This document shows positions 19,920 to 28,655 of a DNA stretch of 64,000 nucleotides, piece by piece. The stretch's first letter is position 1. Each line of letters opens with the position of its first letter. The notes under the pieces were generated by a model, which did not search any database, had not been told where the DNA came from, and saw nothing but the letters and a program-made list of their open reading frames with translations. The translations under genes were made by a program, and so were the position numbers. The DNA is taken from contig DASPSR010000007.1 of assembly GCA_035623825.1 (NCBI GenBank), forward strand, positions 32,001 to 96,000. The letters are read 5' to 3'. Source of the stretch: Nitrospirota bacterium. Lineage in GTDB: Bacteria > Nitrospirota > UBA9217.

Positions 19920-20204
19920 CTATTTATATCCGCCTGCTGCCGGGGCTCCATAACCACCTGACTTGGGAGCCGGTGCTGCGCCATAGCCGCCAGATGCTGG
20001 CGGTGCTGCGCCATAGCCGCCAGATGCGTGTGTCGGTGCTGTACCATAGCCACCGGCTGCTGGCGCGGATCCCGAGCCATAGCCGCCTGCGGCGCTCTGG
20101 CCTGGTGAAGCTTTCGCTATCGTCTCATGCTGCTGGCTGTAAACCACCAGGAATCCAAGAATGCACACCACGATCGCAATGAGAATTACAAGGGGTGTTT
20201 TCAT
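19920..20204 (-). CDS. small membrane-anchored/exported Gly-Ala-Pro-Tyr repeat protein
   Basis: GAGGGAGG RBS, N-terminal hydrophobic helix, six GGY units; downstream of TusA on the same strand. Confidence 0.8.
   Translation of the reverse strand: MKTPLVILIAIVVCILGFLVVYSQQHETIAKASPGQSAAGGYGSGSAPAAGGYGTAPTHASGGYGAAPPASGGYGAAPAPKSGGYGAPAAGGYK
19924..20090. repeat. imperfect ~30-bp tandem repeat encoding GGYG units
   Basis: CGGTGCTGCGCCATAGCCGCCAGATGC identical at 19971-19997 and 20001-20027; degenerate copies on both sides. Confidence 0.85.
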
Positions 20205-20237
20205 AGATCCTCCCTCAAGTACAGTTGACGCAACCGC

Positions 20238-20489
20238 TTAAGCCTTTTGGATTTTAAAGATGATCTTGCCGCCCTCGTGCTTCTTTTCCATAAGCTCATG
20301 CCCGCCCTGATCAAGCATCTGAACTATAGTTTCTGCCGATGAGGGGTTGTCGAAGATCATCTCGAGGACCTCACCGGAAGATATTTTCTCCAGGGATTTC
20401 TTGCAGTAGATCTGGGGATGGGGGCACACATAGCCGCATACGTCGAGCATATAGGTCCCATCACCTTTTTTTTCAAATTTCATAGCCAT
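20238..20489 (-). CDS. TusA family sulfur carrier protein
   Basis: LDVCGYVCPHP (CPxP), GEVLEM.FDNPSS. Confidence 0.9.
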   Translation of the reverse strand: MAMKFEKKGDGTYMLDVCGYVCPHPQIYCKKSLEKISSGEVLEMIFDNPSSAETIVQMLDQGGHELMEKKHEGGKIIFKIQKA

Positions 20490-20538
20490 GACGAATTTCC
20501 TCCTCTATGAGTATTATGTATTCAATGTAAACTGTACG

Positions 20539-21957
20539 TTAGAATTCGGCCATTTCCGCCGCCATCTTTCTTTCCGACCACCAGTTGAAGAACTTAACTC
20601 CTCCAAATGCACCGACCACCATGCCCAGACCGTAAAGCCATCCACTGGGATCGCCGCCAGCAACGCGAATGAAAAACGCGCCGATGTTACAGCCGAGTGC
20701 GGGACGCGAGCCCAGCCCCATCAGGGTGCCTCCGAGCAGACCCCAAACGATGAGCTCCCCTTTCGGCAGCTTGAACTTGAACTCCTTGCTCATGAGAGAC
20801 ATGATCATGGCGCCGAAAATGATGCCGAAGGACATCCAAAGGGCCGGGTTGCGCCAGAGTTCGGGGAGCCCGTTATTGACACCGAAGAACACGTTGTTCC
20901 GCATATTCCAGCCGAGCTTGTCGAGAACCCATGCTCCGAACTGTCCCTCCTGACTTGTGATATACCAGTAGCCCGGGTCGAACACCGTGCCCCTGATGCT
21001 GGTATCGGCGGCATGTCCCATCTTGGTGAGGAGCTGTCCGAAATTCGAGACACCGAACTTGATCTGCATGCCCTTCATGACGAAGATGTGGAGTCCTGCC
21101 GTGATGCCAATGATGACACCCATCAGGGTCGTCCTTTTGGAAGCGGTCAGCATGCTCCAGATCCCGGAGAACTCATCAGCGAAGCCGGTTGGCTTGCCAG
21201 TCTGCTTTGTTCGTTTTTTGATGAACCCTTTCCGGATATAGAAGGCATAGATGACGATAATCAGGATGAGGGCAGGAATGATCGCACTGATGAGCGCATC
21301 TCCGATGAAGTACTTTGTTACGCCGGGGAGGGCTCCTCCGATAGACTTGGTGTGTGAAAGCTGAATGGCGGGCTGGTCCCAGACGTACCCGGTGAGGTAG
21401 TAGTCGAACCAGGAATTGACCTTGTCGACGGGGAGGTTCTTTGCGGCAGAGGATGCCTTCCAGGAATCGGGAACCAGTGCCAGGAACGGTCCTCCGACAT
21501 TCACAAAGATAGCCTGGCCAAAGGATATCCCCAGTATGGAAAGTATCGAGGTGCCGTTGCCTTCGCCGATCTTGTACAGCGACCCCGATGCGCATCCGCC
21601 GGCAAGGACCATTCCCACACCAAAGATCATCCCCGATATCAGAGTGTGAACGCCGAACGGAGCCGGGTGGAAGGTGCTCATGTTGGTCGCTTGGAGCGTT
21701 GCCTGGATGATGCTGAAAAATATGAGCGCGACCAAAATGCCGACCGCCATTCTTGGAACGCCTGCGGCAAACAAATCCCTCGATGCCGACGCGAAACAGA
21801 ACCTGCCGTATTGAAGCATTATGCCGTAAGCAATTCCGAACCAGATGTATACTACGAGGTACATATAGTATACATTTGCCTTGTAATAAAGCAGGCTAAT
21901 GAGAATCAGCAAGCCTGTTATTACGAAGGCCCATATCTGATTTCTTCTTTCTTCCAT
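20539..21957 (-). CDS. YeeE/YedE family transporter (long form)
   Basis: YGRFCFAS, LAGGCASG, PALGCNIG; many TM helices; upstream of TusA. Confidence 0.9.
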   Translation of the reverse strand: MEERRNQIWAFVITGLLILISLLYYKANVYYMYLVVYIWFGIAYGIMLQYGRFCFASASRDLFAAGVPRMAVGILVALIFFSIIQATLQATNMSTFHPAPFGVHTLISGMIFGVGMVLAGGCASGSLYKIGEGNGTSILSILGISFGQAIFVNVGGPFLALVPDSWKASSAAKNLPVDKVNSWFDYYLTGYVWDQPAIQLSHTKSIGGALPGVTKYFIGDALISAIIPALILIIVIYAFYIRKGFIKKRTKQTGKPTGFADEFSGIWSMLTASKRTTLMGVIIGITAGLHIFVMKGMQIKFGVSNFGQLLTKMGHAADTSIRGTVFDPGYWYITSQEGQFGAWVLDKLGWNMRNNVFFGVNNGLPELWRNPALWMSFGIIFGAMIMSLMSKEFKFKLPKGELIVWGLLGGTLMGLGSRPALGCNIGAFFIRVAGGDPSGWLYGLGMVVGAFGGVKFFNWWSERKMAAEMAEF

Positions 21958-22170
21958 AATACTATTTCCCCCTTAAAAATAGTTTTGAAAGATGTTGCTC
22001 ATGTGCAAGGCAGTTTTCTTATTGTAAGATGATCACGCCCCCCTTCGCCGTTGAAATCGCTCGAAAAACCCGTCAATTATTTTAAGATCGTGGATGCGGG
22101 TAAATTTATGATGCGCAGGTTATCCGGAGATATATATAATATATAAACGGAGTATCAAAAACAAGCACTA

Positions 22171-22210
22171 TTTTGCATGTAATGTTGCGTAATTGCATGA
22201 TTTTGCAACA
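22171..22210. promoter_or_regulatory. candidate operator upstream of the yeeE-tusA operon
   Basis: Inverted repeat TGTTGC(22183-88)...GCAACA(22205-10); TTGC repeated four times at roughly helical spacing. Confidence 0.4.
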
Positions 22211-22264
22211 AAAAACGGATTGAACGTGCAGCGAAGCTGATGGACAGCTTATTCAAGGATTTTT

Positions 22265-23962
22265 TTAGCGGGTAAAGGAGACATCTTTTCGATAGATTCT
22301 GACGCCGACACTGTATCGAAATATTTCTTCTCTCACATTGAACACTTTGGTTAATCGGTAGCCTTCGAGCCTCTGTGCAACAGGTTTCGGCAACGGGTCA
22401 TCTGAAGCGTCCAAAATTACAATGACGGGAACGCTTAAAAATGCATCTGGTTTGACCATATAGTATGCCGGGTTCCGGTATTCCCAGGTAAATCGGAGAG
22501 GAGACCGTTCAATCTCCTCGCGGGGTGGGATGCCTTCAGGCCTGTATTGATATCGTATCTGCTGGTCCGTGAAAAGGTCGAGAAGGGGAACAGCTACAGC
22601 AGGATTTACAACGGGCTCCTTCGAAGCCAGCGTTATGACTTCGACCTCCCCGGCTTCCATCCTATTGAGATACTCCCCGGCATGTTTAAGGTTAACGATG
22701 CTCATGCGTTCTGCAAGCGGCAGGTAGGCGAAGATTCCGATAACAAGCGATGTCGTGACTGTGCTGAAGACAATGAATCGTTTCAACGCATCCTGTTTGA
22801 TGACCTGCAGCCCGTACCCTGCCATAAGAGTAAGCATGGGAAAGACGGGTACTATGTATCGGATCCTCTTGATGTTAAAGAGGATGATGAGTAGGACGAG
22901 CCAGCAGGTAATTACATAATTTATGTCCCGTTTGCGGAATGCAACCACGAGGGAAGCAAGTGCTGATGCCGCAATGAAGGGGTGTGTCTGGAATAGAAAG
23001 GTCGAAACGAAGCTTTCTCCCCACCGGGCAAGGCCGCGTTGTTGAAACCCGTGCAGAAGTCCGACCTGTTCTGAAACCACGTCGAACTTTAAAATCAGCA
23101 TCACTCCCGAAACTGCCGCTGCCGTGAGCAGGATAACAACCCCTCTTAGAAGCGGGCGGCGGTCTTTCGACCATGCATGACCTACGATGTAAACGATCAA
23201 CACGACTCCGAGCACGGAGAGCATGAGCCAGGCAGAATACTTGGTGAGAACGGTGAGAACAATCGCCGCTATGGCACATGCAACTCTCGCGGACCGACCT
23301 TTGTTGAGCGCTTCGAGAAATGTGAACACCGACAGGGCGAGGAAAAACATGGTTGGTACATCCACCAGCATAAGCGGGACCTGGGTCAGCAGATAGGGAA
23401 TGCCGAGGAGCAGCATCCCGGCAGAAAATCCTGTTTCCCTGTCCCAAAGTGTTTTCCCGATGAGAGATGTCAGAACAACGGTCAGAGAGAACAGTACGGT
23501 CGTAAACATCTGGATAAAGATTCTGCTCTCACCGAAAAGTTTGAAGATTATTCCGTAGAGAAATGGTACGAGCGGCATATCCGTCCAGGCAAAGATCGTT
23601 CTGCCCCATTCTTTCAGAAAATAGCCGATGCCGTACACTTCGAGGTGCTTTGCCTGGGTAAAATATCGCGACGCGTCAACGATGATCTCTGATTCTTTCC
23701 AAAAAAGCGCGCTGGAAGCAAATGAGAGCGCCACAAGAAGCGGGATCTGATATCTATCGGAGACGGCGCCTCGCGACAGGAAAAAAGAAACGATGAGACC
23801 CGCGACGATACCGATGTAAATCCGTGAAATATCGACGCTGGCAAATACCCACGACCAGCTGAACAGGGCATTGTCGTCTGCATCGCGGAGGAGAATAAGG
23901 GCGACAAAGATCAAAAGACACACAACGGCGATGAGGATAAAACTGGCAGGTTTGTCTTGCAC
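22265..23962 (-). CDS. ArnT/PMT-like (GT-C fold) membrane glycosyltransferase
   Basis: About 12 TM, IIVDASRY, DMPLVPF, LTKYS, KRIRYIVPVFP; start set at GTG 23962. Confidence 0.8.
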   Translation of the reverse strand: MQDKPASFILIAVVCLLIFVALILLRDADDNALFSWSWVFASVDISRIYIGIVAGLIVSFFLSRGAVSDRYQIPLLVALSFASSALFWKESEIIVDASRYFTQAKHLEVYGIGYFLKEWGRTIFAWTDMPLVPFLYGIIFKLFGESRIFIQMFTTVLFSLTVVLTSLIGKTLWDRETGFSAGMLLLGIPYLLTQVPLMLVDVPTMFFLALSVFTFLEALNKGRSARVACAIAAIVLTVLTKYSAWLMLSVLGVVLIVYIVGHAWSKDRRPLLRGVVILLTAAAVSGVMLILKFDVVSEQVGLLHGFQQRGLARWGESFVSTFLFQTHPFIAASALASLVVAFRKRDINYVITCWLVLLIILFNIKRIRYIVPVFPMLTLMAGYGLQVIKQDALKRFIVFSTVTTSLVIGIFAYLPLAERMSIVNLKHAGEYLNRMEAGEVEVITLASKEPVVNPAVAVPLLDLFTDQQIRYQYRPEGIPPREEIERSPLRFTWEYRNPAYYMVKPDAFLSVPVIVILDASDDPLPKPVAQRLEGYRLTKVFNVREEIFRYSVGVRIYRKDVSFTR

Positions 23963-24352
23963 GGAGGCATTATAGCATTGGCTCGTATGAAGTTCTACGA
24001 TTTTCGACCCGAGCGTCAGTTGTTGCCGGCCGAAAAGGATGACGCCGAAAAGCACTGCTATTTTGGCTGACCGCTGCACGAGGTCATTTAGGTGCTCATG
24101 CTTATTCGAGAGATGGCCGCCCTTTGTCCCAGACGAACAGCATAAACGTGCATATTCTCCTCAATTCGACCAAAATAGTCGTCGGAGCATGCCTTGTGAC
24201 ATGTCCTTTGCGTTTTTTTTGAAGATCGCTTGCGGACAGCCCAAACGACGTGTCGGACAGATGAAAGTAATCTCGTAGATGCTGCTAATGGGCAGCTCGT
24301 TACTTGAACTCAATGACGCCGAAAATAGTGGGCTAGGAAACAAGATGAGGCC

Positions 24353-24379
24353 CCGGGAGGCACCGGAATGCCTCCCGGA
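24353..24379 (-). terminator. hairpin after the rhodanese gene
   Basis: CCGGGAGGCA...TGCCTCCCGG inverted repeat; no clear U tract. Confidence 0.4.
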
Positions 24380-24386
24380 AGAAGAT

Positions 24387-24887
24387 TCATTTTACGATTG
24401 GATAGTTCTTGCTGGCTGCGCCTTGGATGGCTTCCTGCATCTTCTGCCCTCCGCGATAGCCCTTGATCCATGCAGCGTAGCCGAAAGCCATGGTGTAGGC
24501 ATCGTAGCCGAGCGCGCGCAAGCCCACGATTGGGAGATTCTGTGTTTGGCCGGTTACGCAGACGACAATAACTTTCTTGTTCTTAGGGAGCTTCTTGAGA
24601 TTTTCGAGCTTAAAGATGTCCTGGACGGTTATCTGCATAGAACCGGGGATGTGCCCTTCACTGTACTCGGCCGGATTGGGCCGCACATCGACGATCACGA
24701 AGTCGGTCTTCTTCTCGTTGATCATGGCCATTACCTCGTCGGCCGTGATTTGCCAGAACTTGGCTTCTGGACCTTTGGATAGCACCGCATTCAGCTTTGC
24801 TGCCATATCATCTGCGGCAGACGCAGCAGGGATTGTGACAGCCACGGCAAGAATCAATACCCACATTACAAACAAGATCTTTTTCAT
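24387..24887 (-). CDS. exported rhodanese-like sulfurtransferase
   Basis: Signal peptide (…PAASA), IVDVRP, GHIPGS, active-site loop VCVTGQT, GYAAW. Confidence 0.88.
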   Translation of the reverse strand: MKKILFVMWVLILAVAVTIPAASAADDMAAKLNAVLSKGPEAKFWQITADEVMAMINEKKTDFVIVDVRPNPAEYSEGHIPGSMQITVQDIFKLENLKKLPKNKKVIVVCVTGQTQNLPIVGLRALGYDAYTMAFGYAAWIKGYRGGQKMQEAIQGAASKNYPIVK

Positions 24888-24961
24888 TGCCCCCTCCTTA
24901 AGTGTATGCATAATGTTCACCACTCGCTTCCTTCCGAGAAACGGCTTTTTTATTACGAACG

Positions 24962-25264
24962 TCACAGTATGATTACTCGGTCCGCCTCATGCTGCATGAC
25001 GGCGTTGTTGTACTGGCTCCCACAGACGATTTCCGATGGAAGGCCCTCCGATGTAACCCCCAGGTGCTTTGCGCTATGATCGCAGAAACTCACGGTTACC
25101 CCTGTTGTCCTGCACAATTCGGCGAATGCGGGTGTTCCAACGAGCTTTGTGCCAGCATCCATGTTAAAGAGCATGACGGTATGTCCCTTTGCAAGGGCCA
25201 CTTTGGTAATCCCCTGCACTGCGTCAAGATTTTTATTGGTGTTCACAAGTATGCCGAGCTTCAT
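24962..25264 (-). CDS. DsrE-family sulfur relay protein
   Basis: GHTVMLFNMDAG, VSFCDHSA, GSQYNNA...ADRVIIL. Confidence 0.82.
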   Translation of the reverse strand: MKLGILVNTNKNLDAVQGITKVALAKGHTVMLFNMDAGTKLVGTPAFAELCRTTGVTVSFCDHSAKHLGVTSEGLPSEIVCGSQYNNAVMQHEADRVIIL

Positions 25265-25348
25265 GCGTGCTCCCTCCCCTCGAATCGAATATCGCGCGTC
25301 CGGATGTGCCTGTTTCCGGAAAGCCTGAACCAACCTGCAGCTTCTCGT

Positions 25349-25516
25349 CTACCAGGATATAACTTTATCGCTGGAGAAAATGAGATCGACGATCTGGTCG
25401 TAGTTCTTGTTCTCTTTGAGATTCACGACTGTGACGTCATTTCCTTTTTTATGTACTTCCATGATCTTTTTTGCCGTGGCATCGAAATCCTGCTTTTGAA
25501 TGTATAAAATTTTCAT
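25349..25516 (-). CDS. small DsrH-like protein (55 aa; not in ORF track)
   Basis: GAGGTG RBS; MKILYIQKQDFDATAKKIMEVHKKGNDVTVVNLKENKNYDQIVDLIFSSDKVISW; clear paralog at 27604-27774. Confidence 0.8.
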   Translation of the reverse strand: MKILYIQKQDFDATAKKIMEVHKKGNDVTVVNLKENKNYDQIVDLIFSSDKVISW

Positions 25517-25541
25517 TAGTCATCACCTCGTTCTGGTTACT

Positions 25542-25814
25542 TTAGTACGGAAGGATATGGTCATATTCCAGAAGTTTTTGCGCCAGTTCTTCAGTTGAAA
25601 TGTAATCCATTCCCGAGTTCTCTTTCGTGTTCGTGGCAAGCTTCATTCCCAGGTCCTTGATGGTCTCGAGATTCAGGTCGTTGTCATCGTTCTTTTCAAC
25701 CTTTCGGTCCAACACATATACATCGATGGTATCATCCATGAGCGTGATCCCCACAGACATCCTCAGGGCCTCACCTTGCCGGTCCCTGACGAGTACAGCA
25801 ATTTTTTTCCCCAC
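25542..25814 (-). CDS. DsrF-like small protein (no Cys)
   Basis: AAGGAGG + GTG; KKIAVLVRDRQGEALR...EELAQKLLEYD; paralog at 27305. Confidence 0.78.
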   Translation of the reverse strand: MGKKIAVLVRDRQGEALRMSVGITLMDDTIDVYVLDRKVEKNDDNDLNLETIKDLGMKLATNTKENSGMDYISTEELAQKLLEYDHILPY

Positions 25815-26263
25815 GGTATCCTCCTTAATTGAGATTCGCAGCCTTGTCATCGTGTTTTTCCGAATAAATTTCAAGAATTAGAATCTGCGGACAAGAATGC
25901 GTGATTGGAATTGAACAACACCTCCTCCCATCCTCAACATCAGGCGGTGATGCAAAATGTTGAGAAGACGTTCAGTACCGGCAGATATGTTACATGCTCC
26001 AGCATGCATGATCGCGCTTGCGCAGGCACTTAGTTGCGGGATATAGAATTTTATCGGTTTTTAAATTATATTCTTATTGTATGAGGAAGATAGGGACCTA
26101 ATAAACACATTAATAACATAATACAAAAAAAAATAAAATGCAAGCAGAGGCCGTTGGCCCTGCCATAAACTCTCATTATGGAGCAATGAAAGTTTTTAAT
26201 AGGCATGCCGCGGGATGATGTGCGGTCTGACCTTTCATTTTATTTAAGTTCGAAAAACGCATA

Positions 26264-26292
26264 TTGACACGAGGGATGGTTTTTGTTAAGTT
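26264..26292 (+). promoter_or_regulatory. sigma70-type promoter for the tusA-dsrE operon
   Basis: TTGACA-17nt-TAAGTT with extended TG. Confidence 0.6.
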
Positions 26293-26490
26293 ACTATACT
26301 CAGGAACTCATAAATGCATTCTGGATAATTGCCGATCTGCTGATACGGTAGTGTGGTGTGCGCAGAGTGGGCCACTTGTCCAGCATGCTTCTGAATAAAA
26401 CATCGGGGATATAGTAGTGATCGTTAAGTTGAAAGAATCGGGCAAATTAAACAGCCCGAATTTGATACTCAATGGTGAGGAGGAATAATC

Positions 26491-26739
26491 ATGGCACTGA
26501 AAGATGAAGCACCGAAGCAAACGCTGGATACTCTTGGTAGGGTATGCCCCTATCCGCTGTTGTTGACCAAAAAAGCGCTGGAAAAGCTCGGAAGCGGCCA
26601 GATGCTCAAGGTTCTTTGCGATGCCCCTGCTTCTGCCGAGGACAGCATCCCGCGCTACTGCGAGAAAAACAAATTTGCCTTTGAAGCTGTGAAATTGGAA
26701 GACAAAGGCATGTGGGAGCTCTATATCAAGAAGTCATAA
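26491..26739 (+). CDS. TusA family sulfur carrier protein
   Basis: LDTLGRVCPYP, LKVLCDAPAS. Confidence 0.9.
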   Translation: MALKDEAPKQTLDTLGRVCPYPLLLTKKALEKLGSGQMLKVLCDAPASAEDSIPRYCEKNKFAFEAVKLEDKGMWELYIKKS

Positions 26740-26826
26740 GCGCGTGAGCAGTACCCTCATAGCTCTCAATGGTTTTATCCGACCGTGATCTGTTATTTTC
26801 CGGCATCCAAACTTGCCGCACCACAA

Positions 26827-26858
26827 GCCGGGCAGTGTTAATCTGCCCGGCACTCTTT
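26827..26858 (+). terminator. terminator-like hairpin after the second tusA
   Basis: GCCGGGCAG-loop-CTGCCCGGC then ACTCTTT. Confidence 0.5.
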
Positions 26859-26971
26859 ATGCCTAAGACAGAATAAAACAGTTGTTAGGAAATCAATCTT
26901 GGCAGGTTAATGGCAATTATCGGTCCGATTCCATTGTTTTGCTATATTCTACGAGAGAGGAGGTGAAAATC

Positions 26972-27277
26972 ATGGCAAATGGAATGTTGGGTATGATGGT
27001 TACCAAGTATGAGAACCTGGAGCATATCACTGGAGTAGTTAAAGCGGCATCGGATGCAGGGCATCCGGTAGTGATATTCTTGACTGACGAAGGAGTGCGT
27101 TTCACGAGGGATCCAAAGTTTCTGGAATTGCTCAAGGTTCCCGGCGTTGAGCTGTCCTGTTGTGACCACAGTTGCGAGCTGATCGGGATTCATGAAAAGA
27201 CGGCTGGCATCTCGTACGGCAGCCAGTACAACAATGCCGGAATGCTGCATGACAGCACCCGGGTACTAGTGTTCTAG
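26972..27277 (+). CDS. DsrE-family sulfur relay protein
   Basis: GHPVVIFLTDEGV, LSCCDHSC, GSQYNNA. Confidence 0.82.
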   Translation: MANGMLGMMVTKYENLEHITGVVKAASDAGHPVVIFLTDEGVRFTRDPKFLELLKVPGVELSCCDHSCELIGIHEKTAGISYGSQYNNAGMLHDSTRVLVF

Positions 27278-27304
27278 CAAATATGAGAAGAAGGGGAGTT
27301 TTCT

Positions 27305-27583
27305 ATGGGAGATACGAAAAAAATAGCAGTGATCGTGAGGGACAGGCCGAGCGAGGCGCTCCGTGTTTCAGGAGGGCTTACCCTGGCCGACGATACAATA
27401 GATGTCTTTGTGCTGGACCGGAAACTTGACAAGAGCAATCCCGAAATCGCGACGCCACTTGAACTGGTCAACGAACTTGACCTGAAGATGTATTCCAATA
27501 ATCCCGAAAACGGGTACACGACAATCACACTTGAGGAGATGGCGAAGAAGCTCCTCGAATATGATTTAGTAGTGCCATACTAA
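27305..27583 (+). CDS. DsrF-like small protein (no Cys)
   Basis: KKIAVIVRDRPSEALR...EEMAKKLLEYD. Confidence 0.8.
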   Translation: MGDTKKIAVIVRDRPSEALRVSGGLTLADDTIDVFVLDRKLDKSNPEIATPLELVNELDLKMYSNNPENGYTTITLEEMAKKLLEYDLVVPY

Positions 27584-27603
27584 CATGATAGGGGGTTTCA
27601 ACC

Positions 27604-27774
27604 GTGAGGATCCTGCATATCTTAAAAACAACGCCTGATGCAAGCACAAAAAAGATCATGCAAGTGCACTCGGCAGGGCATCAGGTAAAGACCGTTGAGC
27701 TGTATAAGGGAGGCGTTTCCTACGACGGGCTTGTGGCGGAAGTATTCGCGCACGACAAAGTGTTCTGCTGGTAA
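27604..27774 (+). CDS. small DsrH-like protein (56 aa; not in ORF track)
   Basis: AGGGG + GTG; MRILHILKTTPDASTKKIMQVHSAGHQVKTVELYKGGVSYDGLVAEVFAHDKVFCW. Confidence 0.8.
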   Translation: MRILHILKTTPDASTKKIMQVHSAGHQVKTVELYKGGVSYDGLVAEVFAHDKVFCW

Positions 27775-28007
27775 GGGCAGCATGCAGATAATCCCGGTGG
27801 TCGGGATTGTTGGAAGGACAGGCGCGACAACGAGGGCTTGCGCTGGCGGGGGATGAGCGCGGCTCGTGTTTGATCATAAGAATAAGCGAAGCAATTCAGT
27901 ACCGCATCAGCAGAACCGACTTCGTACACCACTTTTTTAACTGCGACAATAAAACAGGCATCGTAGCCGCTATCCCTGGACCTGCTTTGACTACCTGTGG
28001 CAGAAAT

Positions 28008-28655
28008 TTAAAACTCAAACAGTAATCCAGCGAGCCAGCTCGACCCTCCGAGATTGACGGAGCCGCCAGTGTTAGTGTTCGCCATGGCGTGAGTGTACTC
28101 AACTTCTACGAACAAGTAGGTGTGAAATACGCCGATGTCTTCGTACAGGCTCGTCGATGCGCTCTGATCGATCCTGTCCAGCAACATCTGGAGCCCTCCC
28201 CTGCCGTGATACCCGTCGGCCGTGCCGCGGGCTGTGGACTGGGATTGAAGCTCCTCCTTATAATATATGCGGGTCCAACCGCCGCCGATGTAGGGAACGA
28301 GCAACTGCTTTTCACTGAATACCCCGCGCACGAGGACAAAGGCGTTCACAGGAGCGAGCTCATACGTCACCGATCCGGCCGTAATCCCGTGCAGCGGGGC
28401 CAACGCTTCTCCGTTGTCCTTTATATAACCGCCCTGGATGCCCACCTCGATCTGTCTGGTGATTTTGTATGCCAATGAGCCCGCGTATTCACCGGTATAA
28501 TCCTTCCCGTAGTAGGTCGACCAGTTGCTGATGTCCGGATAGAAACGGCCGCCCTTAATTTCCAATGACCAATGAGGACGCTCCTGATCTGAACCAGCTG
28601 CGAAAACAACTACCGGGAAGAAGGAGAAGAGCAAAATCAGGATGGATTTCTTCAA
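28008..28655 (-). CDS. outer-membrane beta-barrel protein (MXAN_2562-like)
   Basis: Signal peptide, alternating beta strands, LVPYIGGG, C-terminal LLFEF; overlaps the CFI-box gene stop. Confidence 0.72.
   Translation of the reverse strand: MKKSILILLFSFFPVVVFAAGSDQERPHWSLEIKGGRFYPDISNWSTYYGKDYTGEYAGSLAYKITRQIEVGIQGGYIKDNGEALAPLHGITAGSVTYELAPVNAFVLVRGVFSEKQLLVPYIGGGWTRIYYKEELQSQSTARGTADGYHGRGGLQMLLDRIDQSASTSLYEDIGVFHTYLFVEVEYTHAMANTNTGGSVNLGGSSWLAGLLFEF

Noticed and set aside
19924-20090. Repeat array as possible CRISPR
   Set aside because: Repeats are contiguous, in frame and coding, with no unique spacers and no cas genes
20488-21357. 289-aa plus-strand ORF, and similar long antisense ORFs over rho, ffh, rimM and rimO
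   Set aside because: Opposite well-supported genes, with no motifs or RBS; expected codon-bias shadows
20238-27774. Possible selenocysteine recoding in the sulfur-relay genes
   Set aside because: Active-site positions in TusA, DsrE, YeeE and rhodanese are ordinary Cys codons and the genes are full length
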